A stretch of 64,000 nt of DNA, from the NCBI GenBank assembly GCA_964644695.1, contig CAZXWN010000012.1:1-64000 (forward strand), given 5' to 3'. The notes below the pieces were generated by a model that did no database searches, was not told where the DNA came from, and saw nothing but the letters and a program-made list of their open reading frames with translations. Positions 9,174 to 18,789 of this stretch are shown here, piece after piece (position 1 is the stretch's first letter; the number at the start of each line of letters is the position of its first letter). The position numbers and the translations under genes were made by a program. Source of the DNA: an uncultured bacterium. Its GTDB lineage: Bacteria; UBP4; UBA4092.

Positions 9174-9294
9174 TGTTTACCATGCTTTCTTGATTCATTA
9201 ATACAAAATATCTTATCAACTGAACGTACAGAAAGGTATCTAAGTTCCAAGGTGCCCGGTAAATCTGTTTATACACCATCACAGAAGGTAAAAT

Positions 9295-9828
9295 CTAATC
9301 TTTATCCCAGTACTTATAGTGTTCTTTGAGGAAGGCCAGCGTTTTGAGGTCCTTCATCCGATCTACATATAAAATCCCTTGAAGATGGTCAATTTCATGT
9401 TGTAAAACAACGGCAAAAAATCCTGTTGCCTTAAAATCAACGGCATTTCCTTTTCTATCCAACCCCGTAACTCGGATTTTTTCATATCGGGGGACACTGC
9501 CGCGTAAGTCCGGGATGGAGAGACACCCTTCCCATCCTTCTTCTTTTTCCTCAGTCAATGGTTCGTAATGAGGGTTTATTAAAATCGTCAGTGGAATATC
9601 ACTCCGGCTTTTCTTTCCTGGAGTCACTATCATTTCCATGACGACAATCGATTTTGATTCATAAACTTGGGGGGCGGCTAATCCCACACCCTCATATTCA
9701 CGCATGGTCTCAACCATGTCATCAATTAATTTCTGTACCTGAGGGGTACGAATTTCCCCTGCAGTTAATGCTCGTGTTTTTTTTCGTAGAACAGGATGAC
9801 CCATTCGGGTGACTTTTAGAATTGCCAT
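9295..9828 (-). CDS. def: Peptide deformylase
   Basis: GVGLAAPQ, EGCLSIP and QHEIDHL motifs. ATG at 9828. Confidence 0.95.
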   Translation of the reverse strand: MAILKVTRMGHPVLRKKTRALTAGEIRTPQVQKLIDDMVETMREYEGVGLAAPQVYESKSIVVMEMIVTPGKKSRSDIPLTILINPHYEPLTEEKEEGWEGCLSIPDLRGSVPRYEKIRVTGLDRKGNAVDFKATGFFAVVLQHEIDHLQGILYVDRMKDLKTLAFLKEHYKYWDKD

Positions 9829-9890
9829 AATACTTATTATTTTAAGCCAAATCAGGTTGTTATCCAAGTTACTTATCTGTCTTCATGCTT

Positions 9891-9931
9891 CGAATCAGTC
9901 ACGGAGTTGCTCGGAGCTGGTCCGTGGATGG
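9891..9931. repeat. Short palindromic intergenic repeat, copy 1
   Basis: CGAATCAGTCACGGAGTTGCTCGGAGCTGGTCCGTGGATGG, 32/41 identical to 27983-28023. Confidence 0.6.
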
Positions 9932-10007
9932 TTCGGAAGGGATTGGCAGGGAGGGTCAGGTCTATTGTATAGTTAATTTTAAAAATTTGTTGGTGAAACA
10001 CTGATTT

Positions 10008-11675
10008 ATGACACGGAAAAGTTACCTGATACTGGTCGTGGTGTTGTTTGCCATGTGCAGTTATCTGGGTTTATACAATTTAGGTGGGGTATCTTTTTGG
10101 GACGATGAAGCCTATACGGCGAAAATGGCCCGTAATTACCTTAAATATGGATATTTTGCTGCCTGGGATGGGACGAATCTTTATACCTATCGTAATGGGG
10201 GGTTGATTCGGAATGATTTGACCGCTAACCCTCAACCGATGGATGTATGGATGTGTGCCGCGGCGTTTAAACTTTTTGGTGAATCCAATTTTTCAGCCCG
10301 TATTCTCTTTTGTTTATCCGGCTTGGCTGCTTTCTGGCTTTTCTTTTTGATTCTGGAACAGGAATTTCGTGACCGATGGTGGTTAAAAACCTGGATCATA
10401 TTGGTATTTGCTTTCTCGATTACCTATCTTTTAAATCTCCGACAAGCCCGGTATTACAGTAGTATCTTATTCTTTAGTTTATGGGCGTTTTATTTCTACC
10501 TTCGAACACTTGATAGAAAAGCCTGGTATGATTTCCTCATGGTTGGAGTTGGGGCTGCTCTGGCCTTCTTTGCTCACCCTTCCATGACCGCATCCTTCTT
10601 AGTTGCTCTGGGATTATCTCATTTGATGTTTTATCCCAAGGTTTGGGGCCGCCGTGAATGGTTATGGTGTCTGGGCGGAATCGTTCTCTTATTTGCATTA
10701 ACCCTTCCTGATGCGATTGGCCGAACTATCTGGATCCGCCATGACTTTGATGTGATTTATAACCAGCCACCCCTTATCCGGTTTTTTATCAAACTTTGGC
10801 GTAATCCACGAGATTTAAATAGTATGCATGCATATCCGTGGACTCTGTTTTTGGTTACTATCGTTCTTATCTGGAAACAGCGGCCTAAGGATGAAGCCTT
10901 TAGAAAGATACGGTTCTGGTTTACTTTTGCAGCCATTAATTGTGTAGGGATTGTCGCGTCTGGACCTCAACCGGTCAATGAACCTGGATTTTCAGATGTT
11001 CGGTATTTATTAATGACGGTCGTCTTTCTTTTTGCTTTATTGGGTTGGACTTTTTATATACTTCACCAATATAGCCGTGTTGTTACCTGGATGCTTTTTG
11101 GGGTATTCGTTACTTCTTCAGTTTTATCATATGTTCCTCCCAGTTTAATGAAACCCTATCCAGGTTTTAAATGGACATTGCCTGGATTGATTTATGAAAT
11201 CCACAATGATTATCCAACAGCGTATAGTGAAACTTTGAAATATATGAATGATAATATCCCCGCTGGAAGTACGATTTTTGTTCATCCCGAATATACAAAG
11301 GTTCCCTTTTTGTTTTACACCAAAGACAAATATCAATATGTGGGTGGATTAAATCGATATACACATTTAGACCGGTCGGTTATAACTCGTTTGAGTCCGA
11401 AATTTTACATTGAAGAAGCCTATCCGGACTGGGTCATACTTGTTGGATTTCCTGAAGATTCCCTGAGTATTATTAATACTGTTTTCAGTGTGCCCCATCT
11501 GGAAGGGGATAAGTGGGTGGAATATGGTTATGACTATGTTACGACTATTCCAGTATACTGGGAGCAGACTCAACGGCCAGAACTGTTTTCGCATCGTTTC
11601 GGACCTGTTAAAATTAATAAAGACACAATAAAACAGGTTTATATTTTAAAAAGACGAACTGTTTCCATCAATTAA
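10008..11675 (+). CDS. GT-C glycosyltransferase (ArnT/PMT, GT39/GT83-like)
   Basis: FWDDEAYTA acidic motif after TM1, FKLFGESNFSARI, RQARYY, multi-TM. Confidence 0.75.
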   Translation: MTRKSYLILVVVLFAMCSYLGLYNLGGVSFWDDEAYTAKMARNYLKYGYFAAWDGTNLYTYRNGGLIRNDLTANPQPMDVWMCAAAFKLFGESNFSARILFCLSGLAAFWLFFLILEQEFRDRWWLKTWIILVFAFSITYLLNLRQARYYSSILFFSLWAFYFYLRTLDRKAWYDFLMVGVGAALAFFAHPSMTASFLVALGLSHLMFYPKVWGRREWLWCLGGIVLLFALTLPDAIGRTIWIRHDFDVIYNQPPLIRFFIKLWRNPRDLNSMHAYPWTLFLVTIVLIWKQRPKDEAFRKIRFWFTFAAINCVGIVASGPQPVNEPGFSDVRYLLMTVVFLFALLGWTFYILHQYSRVVTWMLFGVFVTSSVLSYVPPSLMKPYPGFKWTLPGLIYEIHNDYPTAYSETLKYMNDNIPAGSTIFVHPEYTKVPFLFYTKDKYQYVGGLNRYTHLDRSVITRLSPKFYIEEAYPDWVILVGFPEDSLSIINTVFSVPHLEGDKWVEYGYDYVTTIPVYWEQTQRPELFSHRFGPVKINKDTIKQVYILKRRTVSIN

Positions 11676-11848
11676 GGGGAATTTATTTGAATCAATGATG
11701 AAAATGTTTCAATCAAAGTGTGTGTAAAAAAGTATTGATGTGATCTTAATAAATAATTATTGAAAGGACATTGAACCACCCGGGACTTTTTACGAAACAA
11801 CCGTTTTGGGTGCATTTAACTTGAGGCAGTCTGAAAGACTTCCTTATA

Positions 11849-13831
11849 ATGGATTATTCTCTTATGTCGATAAAATCTTTTAAAGCATTACTTTTTGGGA
11901 AGACCCGAAATCCTCTGGATCCCCATGTATTTCATCAGATCTCATTGATTGCTATTCTTGCCTGGATTGGGTTAGGTGCGGATGGTTTATCCTCTTCAGC
12001 TTATGGTCCGGAAGAAGCTTTTTTGGCTTTAGGACCCTACAGACATTTAGCATTATTTCTTGCTATTGGGACTGCTGTTACTATTTTTATTATCTCAGCC
12101 AGTTATAACCAGATTGTTGGATTGTTTCCTACTGGGGGTGGTGGATATCTAGTTGCAACAAAACTGCTTGGTCCTTATTCCGGATTGGTAACGGGCTCAG
12201 CTTTAGTCGTTGACTATGTTCTGACAATTGCCGTTTCTGTTGTATCAGGAGTGGATGCAATAAGCAGCTTCATTCCATCTCTCATTCCATATAAAGTTTA
12301 CATAAAAATCTTTATAGTTTTTCTACTGATTCTTATGAACCTAAGAGGAGTCAAAGAATCTGTCGTCGTTTTAACTCCCATATTTGTTACATTTGTGGTT
12401 ACTCACATATTTCTTATAGGTTTTGCGGTTTTTGGACACTTAGGTCAATTACCCGTTATGTTGCATGACACTGTAAAAGAAACTCACTCGGCGATACAAA
12501 CGCAAGGGTTTTTTGCCATTTTGTTTATTTTATTAAGAGCTTATTCGCTTGGTGGTGGAACATATACTGGTATTGAGGCAGTATCAAATGGTATGCAAAT
12601 ATTACGGGAGCCCAAGGTACAAACAGCTCGTAGAACCATGTTGTATATGTCTATCTCTCTGGCTGTTTGTGCTGGCGGCATAATATTAGGTTACCTTTTA
12701 ATGGGGGTGACACCCGAGGCCAATAAGACTTTAAATGCTGTTCTTATTGGTAAGGTGGCCCAAAGTTGGGTGTGGAATGGTATACCCATCGGACAGGTTT
12801 TTATTTATGTGACCCTTTTATCTGAAGGGTTACTTTTGTTTGTGGCTGCTCAGAGTGGATTTATTGATGGCCCCCGAGTCCTCGCTAATATGGCTCACGA
12901 TTCATGGGTACCCAGAAGATTTGCACAGTTGTCTGACCAGCTGGTTATTCAGAATGGCATAGTTCTAATGGGTATTGCTGCTGGACTTATTATATGGGGG
13001 ACCGGTGGTATTATTCATACACTAGTAGTACTTTATTCCATTAATGTATTTCTTACTTTTACTATGTCACAGATGGGGATGTGTGTGCATTGGTGGTCGG
13101 TAAAAAATGAATTTGCAGGTTGGAAAGGTAAATTATTACTTAATGGCGTTGGCATGACAATGACATTATTTGTGTTGATTGTGACAATAGTAATTAAATT
13201 CTCTCATGGTGGCTGGATTACTCTAGTTATAACGGGTTCGTTTATTGCTCTTTGTATATTAGTACGTGCCCATTATCATAAGATGACACGAATGCTAAGG
13301 AGGTTGGATTATACATTGAAATCCATTCCATTGCCTCCTGCCGCGGATAGTACTCCATTAAAAGATGTAAAGGCAAGGACAGCTGTTTTGATGGTCTCTG
13401 GTTATAATGGTATGGGAATGCATTCTTTTCTTGGGATTATAAGAACCTTTGGGAGAGATCATTTTAAAAATATCATTTTTATTTCCGCGGGTGTATTGGA
13501 TAATAGCCGATTCAAAGGTGTAAATGAAGTGGAAGCATTGAAGCGGTCAACGGAAGAGAACTTGCAACGATATATTGAGTTGGCTACTCGTTTAGGGTAC
13601 TATTCAGAATTTCGATATGGCATAGGTGTTGATGCTGTGGATGAACTTGAAAAACTAAGCATTGAAGTTAACCAGGATTTTAAAAACACCATCTTTTTTG
13701 CAGGGAAGTTGATTTTTAAAGAAGAAAATGTATTGACTAGATTGCTCCATAATCAGATGGCCTTGTCTATTCAGAGCCGATTACTGTACAACGGAGTTCA
13801 GGTGGTTGTATTGCCTGTTCGAGCAATATAA
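11849..13831 (+). CDS. APC-superfamily transporter, KimA/YdaO-like K+ uptake candidate
   Basis: ADGLSSSAYGPEE, GGGGY, VDYVLT and TGIEAVSN motifs. About 12 TMs plus a cytoplasmic C-terminal domain. Confidence 0.8.
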   Translation: MDYSLMSIKSFKALLFGKTRNPLDPHVFHQISLIAILAWIGLGADGLSSSAYGPEEAFLALGPYRHLALFLAIGTAVTIFIISASYNQIVGLFPTGGGGYLVATKLLGPYSGLVTGSALVVDYVLTIAVSVVSGVDAISSFIPSLIPYKVYIKIFIVFLLILMNLRGVKESVVVLTPIFVTFVVTHIFLIGFAVFGHLGQLPVMLHDTVKETHSAIQTQGFFAILFILLRAYSLGGGTYTGIEAVSNGMQILREPKVQTARRTMLYMSISLAVCAGGIILGYLLMGVTPEANKTLNAVLIGKVAQSWVWNGIPIGQVFIYVTLLSEGLLLFVAAQSGFIDGPRVLANMAHDSWVPRRFAQLSDQLVIQNGIVLMGIAAGLIIWGTGGIIHTLVVLYSINVFLTFTMSQMGMCVHWWSVKNEFAGWKGKLLLNGVGMTMTLFVLIVTIVIKFSHGGWITLVITGSFIALCILVRAHYHKMTRMLRRLDYTLKSIPLPPAADSTPLKDVKARTAVLMVSGYNGMGMHSFLGIIRTFGRDHFKNIIFISAGVLDNSRFKGVNEVEALKRSTEENLQRYIELATRLGYYSEFRYGIGVDAVDELEKLSIEVNQDFKNTIFFAGKLIFKEENVLTRLLHNQMALSIQSRLLYNGVQVVVLPVRAI

Positions 13832-13848
13832 ATAAAACGAATTTATTC

Positions 13849-13883
13849 AACCTCCCAGCCTTTATGTCTGGGAGGTTTTTTTT
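13849..13883 (+). terminator. Intrinsic terminator
   Basis: AACCTCCCAG/CTGGGAGGTT stem followed by a T run. Confidence 0.85.
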
Positions 13884-13936
13884 ATGGAAATGTGCTAATT
13901 TGGGAAATAGAGTTCATACGCTGGAGGGTGTTGCTA

Positions 13937-14986
13937 ATGAAAGCGTTATGTTTTTTTGAACATGGTGGGATTGATAAACTCAGGTTTGGAACAGATATTC
14001 CAACGCCGGAACCCAGAGCTGGAGAAGTTCGGGTTCAGATTCAGGCCGCAGCATTAAATCATCTTGATTTCTGGGTGTTATTGGGCAGCCCGGCATACCC
14101 TGTGAAACTGCCCCATATCAGCGGCTGCGAAGCCTCTGGTGTGGTCGAATCCGTCGGTGTAGGAGTTAGTCTTTATAAACAGGGTGATGAGGTCATCATC
14201 CCTCCAGGGCAACCCTGTGGGACGTGTCGTTTTTGCCGGTTGGGCCTGGATAATTCATGTGAAAATTGGAAGATGTTCGGAGCCCATATACCGGGTGGAT
14301 TTGCGGAGTATGCTGTTGTTCCGGAAAAATATCTTTTACCAAAACCAGATACAGTCTCTTTTGAAAAAGCGGCTGCGTTTCCGTTATCTTATTTAACCGC
14401 CTGGCACTTGTTAATAACACAGGCGCAGTTAAAGGCCGGTGAAACTGTCTTTATTGTTGGTGCTGGTAGTGGGATTGGCGCGGCGGGAATACAGATTGCA
14501 AAACATGCTGGTGCTCATGTGATCGCCGGGACTTCTTCTATGGCAAAACAGGCAACCTGTCTTAAGGTTGGGGCAGATGTTGTGGTGGATACTTCCAAAC
14601 CGGATTTTTCAAATCAAGTCAGGGCATTAACCGGAGGCAGGGGAGTTGATGTTGTCTTTGAACATGTAGGGCCAGTTACCTTTGACCAATCCTTAAAATC
14701 ACTGGATAAGAATGGTCGATTGGCAATTTGTGGAGTGACAACGGGCCCGGTGACTCCTCTGGATATTCGTTATTTATTTTCAAGGCAGATCCGAGTTATT
14801 GGCTCAATGCTGGGAACTCATCAGGAAATGGAACTGGTAACTCGATTGGTTGCTGAAGGAATATTAGACCCTGTGATTTTTGAAATATGGCCATTATCTC
14901 GTGGCCGTGAGGCCTTTGCTGTCATGGAACGAAAAGAACATATGGGGAAATTAGTACTCCGTATGGACAGTACAGAAACATTTTAA
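13937..14986 (+). CDS. Zinc-binding alcohol dehydrogenase / quinone oxidoreductase (MDR family)
   Basis: ALNHLD, GCEASG, structural Zn CGTCRFC...C and GAGSGIG. ATG at 13937 after GGAGG. Confidence 0.9.
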   Translation: MKALCFFEHGGIDKLRFGTDIPTPEPRAGEVRVQIQAAALNHLDFWVLLGSPAYPVKLPHISGCEASGVVESVGVGVSLYKQGDEVIIPPGQPCGTCRFCRLGLDNSCENWKMFGAHIPGGFAEYAVVPEKYLLPKPDTVSFEKAAAFPLSYLTAWHLLITQAQLKAGETVFIVGAGSGIGAAGIQIAKHAGAHVIAGTSSMAKQATCLKVGADVVVDTSKPDFSNQVRALTGGRGVDVVFEHVGPVTFDQSLKSLDKNGRLAICGVTTGPVTPLDIRYLFSRQIRVIGSMLGTHQEMELVTRLVAEGILDPVIFEIWPLSRGREAFAVMERKEHMGKLVLRMDSTETF

Positions 14987-15020
14987 ATGTGAACGAAAAA
15001 GAGATGGGGAGGACTTGTGG

Positions 15021-15905
15021 ATGAAAATTGCCGATAAGAAAATACTGGTGACAGGTGCCAGTGGTTTAGTAGGTTCTCAGTTGTGCAGAGAATTGGTGGC
15101 TGACAATGATGTTTGGGGATTGGCTTCCTTTCGGAATCCCGAAAAGCGCAGTGAGATTGAAGATTTGGGTGTTAATGTAATTGCCCGGGATGTATCAAAA
15201 GAATCCATAGATGATTTACCCACCGATTTTGATATTGTGTTTCATCAGTTGGTTATTCTGTATGAATCTGATGTAGACCCTCAGAAGACTGTGGATGTTA
15301 ATACCTATTTCACGGGAAGGTTGATTGACCATTGCCGTGACATGGGGCATTTAGTAATGGCATCAACAGGAGGTGTCTATCGAGCTTCTTTGGATTATGA
15401 TAAGGAAACTGATGCCCCAGGCCCTGTTGGATGGTATGCTACCTCGAAACTGGGAATGGAACATCTGGGGACTTATCTTTGCCAGAAACATGAAATACCT
15501 GCCGTTATATTGCGATATTACTGGCCCTATGGAAAAGAACAGGGCCGTGTCACTCGAATGATGAAATCCATTGTTAAAGGTGAAAAGATTCAAATCAGTT
15601 CAACACAAGAGGACCGATATCAACCTATTCATATTACGGATTTATCTTATCTGACGATGCGAGCTCTGATGGTTACGTCTCAGGATGTTCCTGTATACAA
15701 TATGGCTGGTCCTGAAGAAGTGACCTGGAAAGAAATGGCATTGCTTATTGGACAGGAACTAGGTGTTGAACCTCAGTTTGAGGAAAGCTCAGAAGCCAGA
15801 TTGTCTCACTTGGCAGATTTGTCCAGGTTATATGCCGACATTGGAAAACCCAAGGTTGGAATAAAAGAGGGGATTCACCGCGTACGATTGGATTTAGGCT
15901 TTTAA
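15021..15905 (+). CDS. NAD-dependent epimerase/dehydratase (extended SDR)
   Basis: TGASGLVG Rossmann motif and YATSK catalytic motif. Confidence 0.85.
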   Translation: MKIADKKILVTGASGLVGSQLCRELVADNDVWGLASFRNPEKRSEIEDLGVNVIARDVSKESIDDLPTDFDIVFHQLVILYESDVDPQKTVDVNTYFTGRLIDHCRDMGHLVMASTGGVYRASLDYDKETDAPGPVGWYATSKLGMEHLGTYLCQKHEIPAVILRYYWPYGKEQGRVTRMMKSIVKGEKIQISSTQEDRYQPIHITDLSYLTMRALMVTSQDVPVYNMAGPEEVTWKEMALLIGQELGVEPQFEESSEARLSHLADLSRLYADIGKPKVGIKEGIHRVRLDLGF

Positions 15906-15906
15906 A

Positions 15907-16710
15907 TCAGCTGCCGGTACTTTCATAACGGCGCAAACCCCAATGCCACACAAGAGCACCCGCACCCAGGAATACCAGGGCAACGACGGGAGTGAGTAAG
16001 ACATATATTTGGAATTCAGGTCGTTTTAGAAACCAGGTGGATGGGTAGAACCCAATGAAGGCAAACGGGATTACCCATGACAGGATAAACCGCAATGGCC
16101 TGTTGTATAAAGTGACCGGATATCGGCCAAACTGCATCATATTGTACACGGGAGGGATTAATCCTGCTCGATCCATGAACCAGAAACTCAGACATGCCAA
16201 GACGGTAAATACACCAAGATAAATCCCTGTTGAAGAAACTATAAAAACTCCCAACAGGAGAATATCAATTACATGCCATTGAAGATGTAAATGCATGGAA
16301 GCGTATATGAGAATCGCTGCTCCCAGGAAGATGTCTGCCAAATCTTCCAGCTCTACGCGTTCTGTGTAGATTTGGAATAATCCATTGACTGGCCTTAATA
16401 AGACACGGTCCAGATTTCCATCGACAATGAACTTTTCTGACAGCCAATAGATGTTTGAAAAAAATCCATGAAACAATGCGTAGGGGATAACGGCTAAACC
16501 ATAAATAAAGAAAATCTCATCACGACTCCATCCCCTTAAATCGGGAATCTTTAAGAAGATGATTTGGATAAAAACCAGATTCACGAAATGCATCAGGAAG
16601 TTCGCTGTTAATCCAATCCAGAAGTCTTCTTGATAGGACATTCGGGCCTTTAATGATTGACCCTGTTGATGAACAGCAATCCGTATGTGAAAAAGAAGGT
16701 CTTTTATCAT
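15907..16710 (-). CDS. ABC-2 type exporter permease (DUF990-like)
   Basis: GWSRDEI, GNLDRVLLRPV and FGRYPVTLY motifs, 6 TMs. Confidence 0.85.
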   Translation of the reverse strand: MIKDLLFHIRIAVHQQGQSLKARMSYQEDFWIGLTANFLMHFVNLVFIQIIFLKIPDLRGWSRDEIFFIYGLAVIPYALFHGFFSNIYWLSEKFIVDGNLDRVLLRPVNGLFQIYTERVELEDLADIFLGAAILIYASMHLHLQWHVIDILLLGVFIVSSTGIYLGVFTVLACLSFWFMDRAGLIPPVYNMMQFGRYPVTLYNRPLRFILSWVIPFAFIGFYPSTWFLKRPEFQIYVLLTPVVALVFLGAGALVWHWGLRRYESTGS

Positions 16711-16713
16711 AGG

Positions 16714-17526
16714 TTATCCCCCCTGAATAATTACCTTCCGAGTGAAGTACTGATACAGACCTCGACCAATATAATGCAGGCACAGGATCCATGCAACCTG
16801 TACACCGAATCCCACTAATATTTCCTGTGAAGACATTTTCTCAAGATAGATATTAAGCGGAATATACGAAATGCCTCCAAAGGGCAGCCAAGTCAGTACG
16901 GGTCTAAGTATCCCCGGCAAAAATTCAAACGGAATCATGAGTCCAGTGAAGAAAAGCAGTAAGTTTCCCTTGGCATACATTAATCCCTCAATATTTCTAA
17001 AGGGAATAGCCATCAAGCCAACTATGTAGTTGATTGTGGTAAACAGAAGAAAGGCATTAAAGGTCGCTATCGTAAACAACAGGTAGGTTCCAACATGTTG
17101 GGGGAGTGATATTGGATACAGAAGCAAAGCTACCCCAAAAGTGGGAAGCGAAAATAGAAACAGACGGAAGATGGCTTCACCAAAAGTTCTGGAATACTGC
17201 ATCCATTGAAAATCAACGGGTTTCAGTAAATCCAAGGCCAAATCTCCTTTGACGACTTTCTGGGCTATTTCTGAATCCAGGCGGTTGTAATAAAAACTCC
17301 GTGATATCCAGCCTATGGTGATGTAGGTCATCATCTGGTTGAATGAATAGCTCCCCAATTGGGTCCCATGCGCAAAGATGGCTTTCCAGATAAAGTAATT
17401 AACGGAGATGTAAATGATATAGGTTGTTATACCGACAAAATAACGGGTTCGGTAGGCCAGCATTGTCAGGAATGAAATCCTGAGATACTCAGAATACTTC
17501 TGGATTTTTACTGTCCATGGGGTCAT
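16714..17526 (-). CDS. ABC-2 type exporter permease (DUF990-like)
   Basis: GDLALDLLKPV and LPFGGISYIP motifs, 6 TMs, coupled to the ATPase gene. Confidence 0.85.
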   Translation of the reverse strand: MTPWTVKIQKYSEYLRISFLTMLAYRTRYFVGITTYIIYISVNYFIWKAIFAHGTQLGSYSFNQMMTYITIGWISRSFYYNRLDSEIAQKVVKGDLALDLLKPVDFQWMQYSRTFGEAIFRLFLFSLPTFGVALLLYPISLPQHVGTYLLFTIATFNAFLLFTTINYIVGLMAIPFRNIEGLMYAKGNLLLFFTGLMIPFEFLPGILRPVLTWLPFGGISYIPLNIYLEKMSSQEILVGFGVQVAWILCLHYIGRGLYQYFTRKVIIQGG

Positions 17527-18548
17527 ACGGTTTGCCCTGGAAGGGTAATCTTTCCTTCGTAAAATTCCCGGATAACTTCTTCCGTGGAAGCTTCCTGGAC
17601 TTGAACATCTTTGACCGGTAGTTTGGAAAATAACACTGTGATTGCATCTGCGGCGCTCATGTGTTTCCGTTCAATGATTATTTCGGCCTGATAGGGATTG
17701 ACCAGAGTCCAAGATACGAGCCCTTTGGATTTATATTCATTGAGAGGTTCAAGTGAGGAAGGGATTTTTAGGTCCAGAGTGATTTTTTGGGTTCGGACAC
17801 AAGCGTCTAACATGGTATCCAATTGCCCGTCATAGACCTTTTTCCCATGATCAATGAGAATGATACGTGGACATAACTTTTCAATTTCATCTAAATCATG
17901 AGTGGTTAATAAAATGGTAGTTTTGTGCTCCTGATTCAAGTATTGGAGAAATTCTTGAATTCGAGCTTTCGCTAATACATCCAACCCAATGGAGGGCTCA
18001 TCCAGGAATAAAAGAGAAGGATTATGTAGTAATGCTGCAGTGAGATCGCAACGCATCCGTTGTCCAAGGCTTAATTTGCGGACAGGAATATGTAAAAACT
18101 CTTGTAGTTCCAATAATTCAGTGTAGATGGAAAGGCGTTCTTTATATTCTTTTTTAGGAACTTGATATGTTTTTGCCAGAAGGTTAAAGGATTCAATTAC
18201 AGCCAAATCCCACCACAGTTGAGTACGCTGACCAAATACGACACCAATTTTAGTGACATACTTACGCCGTTGTTTCCAAGGTATCAATCCTTCGACTCTG
18301 ATTTCCCCGGATGTGGGAGCTAAAATACCTGTCAACATCTTAATGGTAGTGGATTTTCCCGCACCATTAGGACCTATATAACCCACAAACTCACCTGATT
18401 GAATGGTGAATGAAATATTATCTACAGCATGAATATTCTGGTAATCCCGGTGGAATAAATTATAGACAGCACCAGCGATGCCTTCTCTTCGTTGGAAGGT
18501 CCTGAAAGTCTTGTTTAGTTGTTTGACTTGAATCAATGGCTCATTCAT
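17523..18548 (-). CDS. ABC exporter ATP-binding protein
   Basis: GPNGAGKST, FGQRTQLWWDL, LSLGQRMR and LFLDEP. Confidence 0.95.
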   Translation of the reverse strand: MNEPLIQVKQLNKTFRTFQRREGIAGAVYNLFHRDYQNIHAVDNISFTIQSGEFVGYIGPNGAGKSTTIKMLTGILAPTSGEIRVEGLIPWKQRRKYVTKIGVVFGQRTQLWWDLAVIESFNLLAKTYQVPKKEYKERLSIYTELLELQEFLHIPVRKLSLGQRMRCDLTAALLHNPSLLFLDEPSIGLDVLAKARIQEFLQYLNQEHKTTILLTTHDLDEIEKLCPRIILIDHGKKVYDGQLDTMLDACVRTQKITLDLKIPSSLEPLNEYKSKGLVSWTLVNPYQAEIIIERKHMSAADAITVLFSKLPVKDVQVQEASTEEVIREFYEGKITLPGQTV

Positions 18549-18789
18549 AAGGTAGAATATTTATTATAATGTGGTCTCTATTTAAAAGCACTGGAATGTC
18601 ACGGATCTGTTTTTGGAAATCTGGGTCTTATGTTGCCTGGCGGCTGCATACGGTTTATGGTGTTCCCTATGATCAGGGAATGATATTTGCCATGCGTGCA
18701 GTAATAAAAAAGCAGGGCCTGAAACAGACCCTGCTGGATGTCTGGAATTTAAACCGGTGGCTCCGGTCAATTCATCGCACCTTCTAAGC

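Noticed and set aside
11700-11850. c-di-AMP (ydaO) or TPP riboswitch upstream of the KimA-like gene
   Set aside because: Conserved consensus segments of these riboswitches were not found by eye.
18569-18787. Short ORFs in the gap between the ABC ATPase and the DUF3857 gene
   Set aside because: No RBS or recognisable motif. The region more likely holds the ABC operon promoter.
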